A stretch of DNA of 63,788 nucleotides, filler included, from Hausera hauseri (Eukaryota): NCBI GenBank assembly GCA_046269625.1. It is 11 parts of 11 records of this genome, joined end to end, with 100 filler letters (N's around TTAATTAATTAA, not from the genome) between each part and the next. Parts side by side here need not be neighbours in the genome. Positions count along the whole stretch, not along the records: positions 1 to 7,299 come from JBJURY010023786.1; positions 7,400 to 12,998 come from JBJURY010223410.1; 9 more parts are not named here. One strand, 5' to 3'. Of this stretch, positions 1-10,599 are shown one piece after another. Made by a program: the position numbers and the translations under genes. The notes beneath the pieces were generated by a model that was not told the origin of the DNA, did no database searches, and was given only the letters and a program-made list of their open reading frames with translations. Every line of letters begins with the position of its first letter. The stretch's first letter is position 1.

Positions 1-291
1 CAAGTAAAACATTAGTAAGTAAAGTTTACAGAAGCCCCACAGGCAGTAGACCCCTACACATCACCTATAAGATAGAGCTAGGTAGGATAAACATTTGTCT
101 GCAACTATACCACTGCTACCTTACATACGATCTTGTTCAACTCATTAATTCAGTAAGTTATCAAAGTAAAGTCTCTCCCACAACCGAATTAACGGGAACT
201 GCACAATATTGACATACTAACTTTTTTCGAATTGATAAGAGATAATCGGCTTCATACCACAGTTCATGTCGGTACATTTGACTAAAACGCA

Positions 292-2600
292 ATGATTGAT
301 ACGGGAGCCAATGTTTCTCTCGTAGGGAAGCATGCAATACCAGCTGAATTTCTGACACAAATAAAATTAGCTTCAAAAGAATGCATTGGGATTATAACAG
401 CTTTCCATCAATGTACTGAACCATATGGATATTGTAAACGTGAACCCTTGGTCTGCGGAAAAAAGATGAAAGTGACTTTGGATGTGATGACAACTTTAGA
501 TCCTATACGCATTTTAGAAATGAATGTACTACGAAAACTCAGTATTCCATATAAACCTGCAATTAGGATCGATCTGTCCTAAAAACTAGGATATTCCCGT
601 TGATTGTGACAAATCAGACATTTGGATTCATGGTATATTTTTTGTCGATATCGACAATAGTAGTGCGTCTTGTTAATTCAAGATTTATTACATGTATTTT
701 TGTATGATTACCATGGCGGTTGTTGTGTTCAGAAAACGTGTCGATATTATGAGTAAGGTGATACCGATAATATTACCCAATTTGAGGTGAAATAGGTAAT
801 TCTTAAATTCCTGACTATCCGTATCCTGTTTGAGGGTCAACGATGCAACTTTCGGTTCTACCATTTCAGGCTAGAACAATATTTCTGGATGACAATATAG
901 TTGAATTTATACCAAGAATATTTCAAAATGAACTCATGATCTCATTATTGTGTTTATGCAACCGGAGGAACCATTTCCATTAAAGTTTTAAGTTCGTCCA
1001 TTAAATATTCACAAAAATGAAAATAGGTCAAAAATAGTAAAATACTGATCATGAGGAATATGATGTCTAAATTGTAGCAATCACCAGTGATGTAGAAGAG
1101 AAACCAGAAGACACACTTTATGTAAAGCGACGAAAAACTTATCAGTTGAATATGTAGAATATTTTTCGGATCTTGTCTTCGAATATATTGAAATATTTGC
1201 CAAAAGCGAGACAGACATAGGACGTACCGACTTATTCGAGTTTAAATTATCATTTATGACAGATCCTTAGACAAAAAGAAATCGATTTATTACAGCAACT
1301 GATACCCAAATGGTATCCGCCACCTAAAGCACTTCAAAAGGAAATCGAATTATAAATACAAACAATGTTACATAAGAGTATCATTGAAATCTGTCGATCG
1401 CCGTGGCCATCTCCTATTGTTCCGACGAAGAAAGGCAATACCACAAAGCATCGTCCGGGCGTAAATTACGTCACGTTAAACAAAAATTTGACAAATAACG
1501 CTTATCCAATACCACGAATACGAGATATCATTGATGAATTAAACGATTGCAAATAGTTCACTACATTAGATCTGCAAAGCGAATTCTGGCAATTTCCAGT
1601 AGCCGAAAAAGACCATTGGAAGGCAGCACGGAGATGTTTGTCAGTTTACACGCATGCAATTCCAAGAGTTTATCCCATTGGTTTTAAAAGCAGCACTCGG
1701 TCTATAGTATATAAACGATATTTTAATTGCATCAAAAACATGGTCAGCACACTTGATTGAATTACAAGAAGTATTCGACCGAATCAGAGTTTCAAAATTG
1801 AAACTGAACCCGAAAAACTACGAATGCTGTAAAACTGAAGTTAGATATTTTGTATTTTTAGCCTCCATCCAGATTTATGGAATATTGGAATATTCTCCAC
1901 CAACCAGTGAGCATGAAATGAGAGCTGGGTTAGGATTAGAATCATTTTACGCTGCGTTTATAGAAAATTTCACAGAAATCAACTAGCCGCAGTATAAATT
2001 ATTAAAAAAGGACCAGAAATGGGAATGAACTGAAAGAAGCTTTTGATGAACTTAAACGACATTTGGTATCTACACCTATATTGAGTTACCCAGATATTTC
2101 ACTCCAGTTTATTTTAAAGACAAACGCTAGAATCAAAGCCATTGGCAAAATTTTAGCCCAACAGAGTCCTAAAGAAACAACGAACACGTATTTGCACATG
2201 GAGAACAAAGTTTAAGTAACGCTTAAAGGAAATATTCTACTATAGAATTAGAATTACTAGCAATTCTTGATGGACTACGACATTACGAATATTATGTTTA
2301 TGGTCAAAAATTATAATGTTTAATGATTGCAAGGTATTACTCGCGTCACGAACGGACAATAGACATGTATCAAGCCGACTCTAAAGATGAAAGTTAGACC
2401 TTTTGAATTACGATATCGAATACCGATACAAGCTCGGAAAAGATAATACGGATGCACACGAAATTTCTAGGATACCTTATGATAAAATAGTAGTTGCAGC
2501 TTATAAATCACAAGACAAAGAAAAATAAAAAGTATTGAATGAAAAAGTTATGGAACGAGAAATCTGATGATTATGGACATATACGCAGACAAGTCGAAAA
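292..2600 (+). mobile_element. Heavily degenerate Ty3/gypsy pol (protease, RT, RNase H)
   Basis: MIDTGANVS aspartic-protease motif at 292. RT N-terminal SPWPSPIV...NAYPIPRI at 1365-1556 and LKLNPKN...VRY at 1753-1986. RNase H-like YSTIELELLAI at ~2230-2260. Many stops and frameshifts. Confidence 0.85.
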
Positions 2601-3809
2601 GCCTTCGTCGTTCTCTGCCTGCATAGAAATCATCGAGGTGGTTCACGCATATGGAATATGGATAATGCTCAGGCAGTCCGCTGAGGTGTCGCACGAAGCG
2701 GCTACGTTGCAGCAACTCACGCACCGTTCGGTAATCCGAATAAGATCGATGCGGGGTTTGACGATCCTGGACAAGGTGTTATCTTCTGTTGACGTTGGCA
2801 TTTTGCTGGTTTGCCCATTGGCCGTCCCAGCGGCGGATTCTCTTACTACAGCATGGTTCTCCATCTGTATCGTGTATCCAGCTTTGGGTGTTCGATGTAT
2901 CTTTGGAATTAGATACCCCGGAATGGTATGGTCGTTGTATCTGACGATTGCTTCACCAATTCAGGCCCTCGCTGGAGGAGACGAAAGCTTCGCTACCTTG
3001 TCTCTGTAACTCGGGTGATTGGTTCATCGGGCCGATGTCCTACGTTTCCTACAATCGGTTGCTCCTTTTGAGCTACTGCTGTTTTTCGTAAGCTTTTTTG
3101 AGGCATTGTGGATTGAGTTTTGTGATTGATTTCCCTTCTTGTTTGATTGATTGTTTTTTCTCGTTTTTTCCTTTTTTGCTAATTGAACGAATTTGATTTT
3201 TTGATTGTAGACTCCATTTGCTGTTCAACTCTTGATTATTTATATAGTAAGCGCGTTACATAATAGTCAAGAGTTGTCGCGTAATTTAACATTTACTAGC
3301 TGGTAGCTAGTAACTGTGTGAGATTTTGCGCGTTTGAAGTACCCTAGTTGCAATTTTATGCATTTATAATTGTTGTCGGGTATTCTTTTAGTGTTACGTA
3401 ATGAAGTAACTTTAATTTTTGTTGTTGGGCAATTGGTAATGCCCTAGATGCTTTTTATGAAAAGCGGCAAAGCCGGATAATTCGTATAGATTAACGTGGG
3501 TGCAATTTCCACTTGCTTTATGTATATGGACGGTATGACTTTTTGTAGAGTCATCGGAAATTTTCACGAAAAAGTTTAAAATTTGATTTTAACTTTACGA
3601 AGAAATGAGATTTGTTGGTACATTTTGGTATTTGAATCCATTAATTATAAGTAAATCTACTAAATTATTCGATAATAATTGTGTTTATCGGGCATACTAA
3701 TAGATTTAGAATTTTAGTACAAAAACAGAGATGTTTAATTTTTAATCGTTTTGTGGAATTTCCTTATTTGTAACAAACTGTTGTAATTTGTAAGGTGGAA
3801 CCTTACTGT

Positions 3810-4235
3810 GTCTAAAATATGAAGCAACTAATCACACTTCTACTGTACTGCAACTCCACCGGAACAGACAAGCAACGATTTCTGACTATTGGAAAATCGG
3901 TAAAACCACGATGCTTCTGGAACTTCAATCCACAATTCTACTGCACTTACACAGCAAAAAGGTGTGGATGACCTCTAACATCTTCCAAGAATAGTTACTG
4001 CAGTTCAACAAGCAGCTTGCTTCTGAAGGGCGTCGTGTTCATCTACTCTTGGATAACATCACCTCTCATCGCATCCCTAATAATTGTCTCAGCAGCATGA
4101 AGATACACTTCCTCCCACCAAATATGACTGTCAGTAGGCAACCATTGCATAGTGGCACATCCTACAGTTTCAAGACCCAATATTGCTTGCTTCAACTCCA
4201 GAGAATGGTAGAATTGGCCGATACTTATCGACCCA
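3810..4235 (+). pseudogene. pogo/Tigger (CENP-B-like DDE_1) transposase fragment
   Basis: Translation gives ITLLLYCNSTGTDK..FLTIGKSVKPRCF, then WMTSNIF, LLLDNITSH and FLPPNMT..QPL.SG, all characteristic of Tigger DDE domains. Contains a frameshift and a stop. Confidence 0.88.
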
Positions 4236-5700
4236 CTGTTATGTTTGGCATTATTTTGTTTTGATGGTAGTTTAACTCAAACGCCCAAAATACAAATTTG
4301 CAGAAATAGTAAACACAGAAATAGAAGATGAGTAGGATTTCGAAAGTATATTCTATTCACTTGTTTCGTCTGCTGATGTACAAAGTTCCTCGGTGGATTA
4401 TCATGTCGACTCCTGTCTGATGTGTCAGCGAGAAGAACTTTACACCATTCCCATACCAGCATCTGACAACCTAGGGCGCCGCTTTCAGTGGGTGTTTTGT
4501 GGGGAATCAGCTGGCTCCCTGATGGAACCAGCGATTTGAATGGACGGTCGGTCGCAGCCATTAGTTTGATAAATACAACCATGAAGATCAACGAATCTAA
4601 AAGTCGCATCGGTCACCGTCGGCATAGAACTTATCGAGGCTGATTACTAGTAGCACGTACTGGTCGTAGTTCGGCAGTTGAGTGCGATGCTGCACAAATC
4701 TACTCCATTAGAAGAGTTCTCGTGCTATCCGAAAATCTGAATAGGCTCGTTACGGCGCGCGCAATCGTTGGGTCACGGATCGTTTTGTGACGCCTCTCGT
4801 GTGGTTTGGAAAATTGTCGGCTCTATCGAGAATTTCCCTGCAAGGCTGGTCCTTTTAGTAGGTCTTTGCCGAGGTACTGTCTTACAGCGTTGGCTGGTTG
4901 GGACATCTTAGAAATTCGGTATTCCTAATTCGATACCGTCGTTCCCTCTACAAAAGCTCTACCAGATACAACGTCGGCAATAGGGGCCCTTAGTAGTGCA
5001 GCTCGCTTGCTCGTTTGGAAAACTCGTTTACCTGTTCCAGCTTTGGCAGCTGGAAACCCAGACCTCACGTAGTCTTCGCCTGATGCTTGCGTTCCTTTCG
5101 AGAAATATATCCCTCCGTCGTCACAGTCTGTATCAAGGGTGTCGATCCCAGCGTAGCGTAAAAATTTTGTCTCGATTCTTAATCTGTACAGATCCACGGT
5201 GTCGTCTCCGGTTTCATTGTCGGAGCTGCAAAGATTGATAACTTGGTCCTTACTCGTTGATCCTGGTCCCACCGTCTCATCGGCATGCTTTTTGTTTCCA
5301 CCCTTGGGCTTCCTGCCTTATACTTTCCCGGCACACCGGTTTCAGCCTCTTATTTTGTGGACTTCTCAGTTCGTCATTGATCAGATTTGGCGTTTTCATT
5401 TCTTGTCTCTTGTTTTCTTCTGTAATAGGCGTCGTCATATCTGTTTTTCGTGTTCTTCTTTCTTCAGTAAATGGCATCAGAATGTGAGATTCTAGTACTC
5501 TCGCTTCGGGTCTCCTCGGCACCGGCCTGTTTCGTTTTTCCGTTTTCACTTTATCATTCGCAGGTATCGGCACTCTAGTTTCTAGCGTTTTGTTGACTTT
5601 GGTCGACGGCATAGGAATTCGTTTCGGCTCGATCGGAATTTTCTAAACTTCTTCTTGTAAAATACTGTACATATAAAAAAAATTCATTTTATTTCTAATA

Positions 5701-7299
5701 TGTGGGGAGAAATTGAGACAGCCAACACAAAGTCAGGAAATTCAGAAAAGACGAAAGATAATTGTTGTATAAACTTTTATAAATCTCATGAATAATTCTA
5801 TTTTACAATCATCAAATGAGATTGAGTTCAGAATGGTAGAGACCCGATCTACTAACATGGCAACCAACGCTTCAAGAGACTTCTTCAAGAAGAAATTGAT
5901 GCCAAAATAATTCCAGAAAGGTGACAACGTGGAAACCTTTATTGGAAAATGCAAGAGATACTTTGACTTCATAAAGATGTCGGAGACTGACCGAAAAACC
6001 GCGGTCCTGTGCCTGTTGGTGCAAGAAGCACAGGAAAAATAACATCTGGTGAGTCAGAAGGTTAAAGGGTACCAAAACGGTTGAGAACAGCCTTTGCAAA
6101 ACCCACAAAGCTGTGCGAATATCTAAGGGAGGCTTTGGACTACAGAATTTGGGGACAGAGCCGGCCTCCTACTTCAACCAAATCGAACAGCTGGTGAAGG
6201 AAATCTTTAGTCACAAAATAACACCGGAAGATTTAATAGAGGAATTGATGATTCACTGTTGTGATTATCCGCACATGAGAAAGGAAATCTACCGCAGTGA
6301 CGGAAAAAGGATAGAACAAATCAAAGCTAAAATAAGGAAAATTTAAGAAGTTGCAACAAAGACTGAAAAGATAAATACAGCCAGAGAATACACTAAAGAT
6401 GGTCGACGGAGTTATCGGGGTGTGGTGGTGCACAAATTTGACAAACCAAGACAAGAAAGGAGGGATTTCAAACTGCTAATTACGCAGGCAAAGAGGATGG
6501 TGAAATGCTGGTCGTGCCAGAAAGACGGGCATACAGGCCGGACATATACCTCCAACATGCACCAAGAGGTTTTGGTTTCGGGAAAGAAGGAGGCATTAAA
6601 AGATATTGCCCGGAAATAAACCTATAATATGCTACGGGTGTGGTCAGCAAGGATACAAGACGAAACTGCATAAACATAAAATGCCACAGATGTCACATTA
6701 CAGGGCACAGGGAAGAAGCATGTTACACAAAATTAGACAAGAGCAGAAGAGGAAAAAATACGAATACGGAGAATTTCAAAAGGGCGGGGTATGGCAAAAA
6801 AGACGTGGAGAGGGCGTGAACAGCAGGCACGCATTCGTTGCAAATATTGACGAAGACTATGAAAAACCCATCACAGAGTCGACAAACCCAAAAGGCAGGG
6901 CATTGACAGAGTGGAGCCTGTCGGGATATTATATTAAATAACGCCAAAGACTCCCAAAGTATTCAAAGGAATGTAAAAGATATTGAAGAAATGAAGGAAA
7001 GAACACAAGAAAAGGTACGGAGATTCATAAAAAAGGAAACGTTTGGGGATATAAACGAAGAAGTACGATTTATAGAAAATCAAAACGAGAGCCTCTATAA
7101 AGAGACCATTTTTTCCTTGGAAGGATTGACGGAAAGAGGATCACGTACGATAAACTATAAGGACAGCCAGGTATAAAAATAAAGATACAAGGTAGATGGG
7201 AAGACTGCCTATTGGACACATAGGCACGGGTGAACGTGATGAGTAGGAAGATTTTTGAAAGATTGATAGATGTTCAGCTGGAGAAATCAGATATCACGC
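5701..7299 (+). mobile_element. Gypsy family B, copy 1: 5' LTR (5701-5857), PBS, multi-CCHC gag, protease start; degenerate and cut by the contig end
   Basis: TGTGG...ACTAACA LTR followed by a TGGCAACCAACGC PBS-like sequence. Zinc knuckles CWSCQKDGH and CYGCGQQG. WEDCLLDT protease motif at ~7200. Co-linear with 29801-31667. Confidence 0.85.
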
Positions 7300-7399
7300 N
7301 NNNNNNNNNNNNNNNNNNNNNNNNNNNNNNNNNNNNNNNNNNNTTAATTAATTAANNNNNNNNNNNNNNNNNNNNNNNNNNNNNNNNNNNNNNNNNNNN
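7300..7399. other. Artificial contig linker N44-TTAATTAATTAA-N44. Identical linkers at 12999-13098, 18796-18895, 23971-24070, 31668-31767, 37985-38084, 43949-44048, 49647-49746, 54375-54474 and 59325-59424
   Basis: The same 100-nt structure occurs ten times. TTAATTAATTAA places stops in all six frames. Confidence 0.98.
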
Positions 7400-7823
7400 C
7401 CTGCCTGCGCTGTTATCTGGAGCTAATCGCCGCGCAATAAAAAGTAACGCAATATTCCATGGGCTCACATACGCGTTTGATAGTAGGAGTGTGTCACACG
7501 CAAGAATATGCCACATTAAGTGGCATTTATTGCTATAATTGCAAAATGGCTCATTGTAATTGGCAACAGTTTTTCTGGCGATTATTTCCACACAATACAA
7601 TTTTACCCCCGTAAACACGGTATTGTGTCCACACATACGGATGAAATACACACAGAAAACAAATAATAAAACATATTCAGATAGCCTGTTTGTAAAATAC
7701 AGAAATATTTGAAATATGTGTAATTTGATTGGATTTTTTGATTTAATGAGGTCTTACTTTTCAGGCTGCTCCTCAGCGAGGGCCATAATGTCACTAAAAC
7801 TCTGTTGAACCCATTCGAATCAA

Positions 7824-8156
7824 TGAAAGACCTGCAACACAAACACAAGTCACACACTGAACGCTTTAAGAAAAAGAACCAGAACCCTGCAGCAGGCCTA
7901 CCTGTGATCTCGACCCCTTTCTCGTAGGAACCCGGGTATCCGGCGCTGGCCATCACCACGGTAACTGCAGAGCTGCCCTGCTGCCACACGGGGGCGCTGG
8001 AGGCCAGGTTCCCACTTACGGTGTTCATGATGACGTCATAGAGGTCGCTCTGCATCAGGGGAAGCAGAACCTTGCATTCTGGGTCGCCAAAGCGACAGTT
8101 GAACTCCAGAACCTTTGGGCCCTGATTGGTCAACATGAGGCCTGCGTACAGAACAC
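7824..8156 (-). pseudogene. GART: Isolated fragment of GART (GARS domain): 255-nt exon 8156-7902, 70-nt intron 7901-7832, and the first codons (GLS) of the next exon; vertebrate/teleost-like
   Basis: GVLYAGLMLTNQGPKVLEFNCRFGDPECKVLLPLMQSDLY...AVTVVMASAGYPGSYEKGVEITG. Bounded by a ttctttccAG acceptor and a G/GTAGG donor, with a downstream acceptor tgtgttgcAG/GTCTTTCA. Visibly GC-richer than its flanks. Confidence 0.9.
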
Positions 8157-8301
8157 CTGGAAAGAAAATAGTTTACTTTTCATTTCCATCTAAATAATAC
8201 AAATTCGTCTAAAAATAAGAAGGAAAAATACACAAAATAAAGAAGGTTGTATATACACTAATCAAATTATTATTGTTAATCACTAAGATCAGGTTATAAA
8301 G

Positions 8302-10584
8302 TCAAGCGTCCAAGTCCACTTCTTCGGGATCACTGTCGGTTATCGTTGCCCAATCATCGGTAATTCTGATGGTCCTCGTCTTCTTATCATCATTGTTTCC
8401 TAGGTACATTGTTTCTTCAGTCGAAGTAGTTGATCTCAAGCTGGCTTTCAGTCTTTCAAGAATTGTGGTTTGATCCTTTCGTTCCATTCTCGAACGTTCC
8501 TTCCTTTCTGGCTCCAGTATCTCTTTCGTTTTTCCGAAGAGATGTTCGTACTCATCTTCTTTCATCCAGTCATATATGGAATTTTGTATATTCTCCTGAA
8601 TCGTAGCTTTGATAGGCACCCACATAGTTTTCCCGCTTCTTCTTACAAGAAGAGCTGACAACATATAAGCGCTGCTTTTCACATGAATATCGACAATTGT
8701 CCGACTCGAACTAAGCATTATGCAGCGTTTTTCTACATCCGTCTCATGGTTAACTTCTATTCTTAACATGAGTATTTTCTGAGCATCCCGATAGGGTACC
8801 AGGAAAAATTTAGTCCCTTCTGGTTGGTAATACTGGGCTGCTAGCATCTCGTTTCCTGCTGATTCCCAGTCCAATATCTGTTTTTGTCTAATCCCTTGTT
8901 GTATAGTGGCAGTTTTCTCAGGGATAAATTCGTCAATTACGACTGGTATTGTTATCCCATTGAGGAGTGATATTCGTAAGATTCCATTTACTTGTATTTT
9001 CCTTCTTTTTGGGTCCATCATTGCCATGATCAATTGACGCATAAGTTCATTCGTTTCTAAACTTTCGGTTTGAGTCGATATTTGAACTTGCGTTGTCGAG
9101 TCACACTTTCTTTTCAATATTTTCTTTTCTTCGCTTTCCTTTAAATCATCTGTCTCCCCTTCTGATATTTCGCAATTAGGTTCATCGAATTCATCTGGCT
9201 CGATCTTATCTTTTGTTGGAATTTTCTTAATTTCTTTTCCTTTTACTAGAGTGGCCTGGACATCAAATTGCCATTTCATTGTACCAATATATTCCGGTTT
9301 CCGATTCATTAAATCTCCATAATCAAGTATGTTTCCTTGGGAGTCAGTAGGAGTCCATTCATATTAATCGGTAGTTTTCTTGTGAGATTCTATAGTTAAC
9401 TGGAGTCTTCCTTTCGTAGTACTCAAAAATTGTGGAAATTTCAGCATCACTATTATTTGACATAGTTTTCTCTACATTCTTCATGGGGTCCACAACTGCG
9501 CAAGCTCTATTAATCAGTATGCAAAGCACATTAAACGTCTTGTGCGCTTCTAACGCCGCAATTTTGTATCCCAATATAAATTTTGTAACTTCAGCCCTAA
9601 GTTTGGGTGCATCCATTCCGGTTTGAATTTGATTTCAATCTATTCTGTGTCGGTTCCTGTTCAAGTTATGTATTGCTCTTCTTGGGGATATTATTTCGGA
9701 AAAGATAATGTCACCATTTGATTCCGCAATGATGATTTCAATGGGTAATGGAATCTGAGTTCCATTTGATCGTTTTCCATATGCGAAGGAAGTCGCTAGG
9801 TATCTGATGCTCTTAGCTCTGTCAGTTAATAAGATATTGCCTCCTCTTCTTAATTCTTCTTCATTTGGTTCACTTTTAAATTTTATTAGCTCTGGCATTG
9901 AGTATACTCTTTCTGCAACATAAAACTCAATAAAGCCAGTGGTTACATTTCTCTTGATACAGTTGTGATTCCTTTTGGGTCTACTGCATAGTTAATCTGT
10001 AACGATTCCTGATGGTCAATTTTCTCTATTCGATTTTCATTGCCATCTAATTTTTTAAAACTTATCTGACCTCTGCCTAATGCTATGTGAGCTGTTATTC
10101 CTTTATTCTCGTTCATCCATTGTGTGAGAGGGAGGATAGCATCAAAGTGGTATAATTTAAACGGCAGTAGACATCTGTTCCTCGTTTCACCATATTTGAA
10201 GTAATTTGGGAGTTTTGAGACTTCGTCAATAAATTGATTATCCTGATCGAGATGCGTGATTATTTTGTCGTAAAATGTGTACGACATAGTTTGGCGAATT
10301 ACGGAAAGTTTCCTATTTCCTTCTTTGTCATCTGTTTCTTTGTTTGTTCCGCTTCTTTGTCCAGAATCCTGAGTGCTTCCCGTTTAGGGAGCGTTTGCGA
10401 TAACTCGCCTGGAGCTTGAGTTTCCTGTTTCAGGAGCGTTGATTCCTTTTTTTGATGCATTCAGGCTTCCCATTTCGGGAGCATTGTTCTGGTTTCTTAA
10501 TTTCAGGCTTCCCATTTTGGGAGCATAGTTCTGTCTTCGTGGCAAGCTTCCCATTTCGGGAGCATTACTCTGATTTTGTGGCAT
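8302..10584 (-). pseudogene. Retroelement 3' accessory ORF (~760 aa when rejoined): NAPEMGS repeats, DEDDh exonuclease-like domain (~9830-9530), unknown C-terminal domain
   Basis: ORF pieces 10584-10384, 10287-9943, 9898-9635, 9616-9359 and 9309-8302 join through in-frame stops and two frameshifts. IIFSEIISPRRAIHNLNRNRHRID*NQIQTGMDAPKLRAEVTKFILGYKIAA resembles the REX4/ISG20-type DEDDh core. Confidence 0.6.
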
Positions 10585-10599
10585 TTTGTCAGCGATTAA

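Noticed and set aside
2539-3009. 156-aa + strand ORF and the many short antisense ORFs overlapping retroelement genes
   Set aside because: It crosses a pol/unrelated-sequence junction, and the antisense ORFs shadow real ORFs on the other strand; no independent motifs.
3300-3560. Possible homology of the minus-strand YIKQVEIAPTLIYTNYPALPLFIKS to MYFKGDISNLIHSSRLPIFIFIKS (~11670-11600)
   Set aside because: A single short low-identity match in AT-rich sequence; I could not extend it.
7344-7355. Regularly recurring TTAATTAATTAA palindrome as a biological repeat, CRISPR or recombination site
   Set aside because: Always centred in exactly 44+44 Ns; it is a synthetic all-frame-stop scaffolding linker.
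7603-8136. 177-aa ORF as a bacterial purD gene
   Set aside because: Homology is confined to a segment bounded by eukaryotic splice sites; the rest of the ORF is intron read-through.
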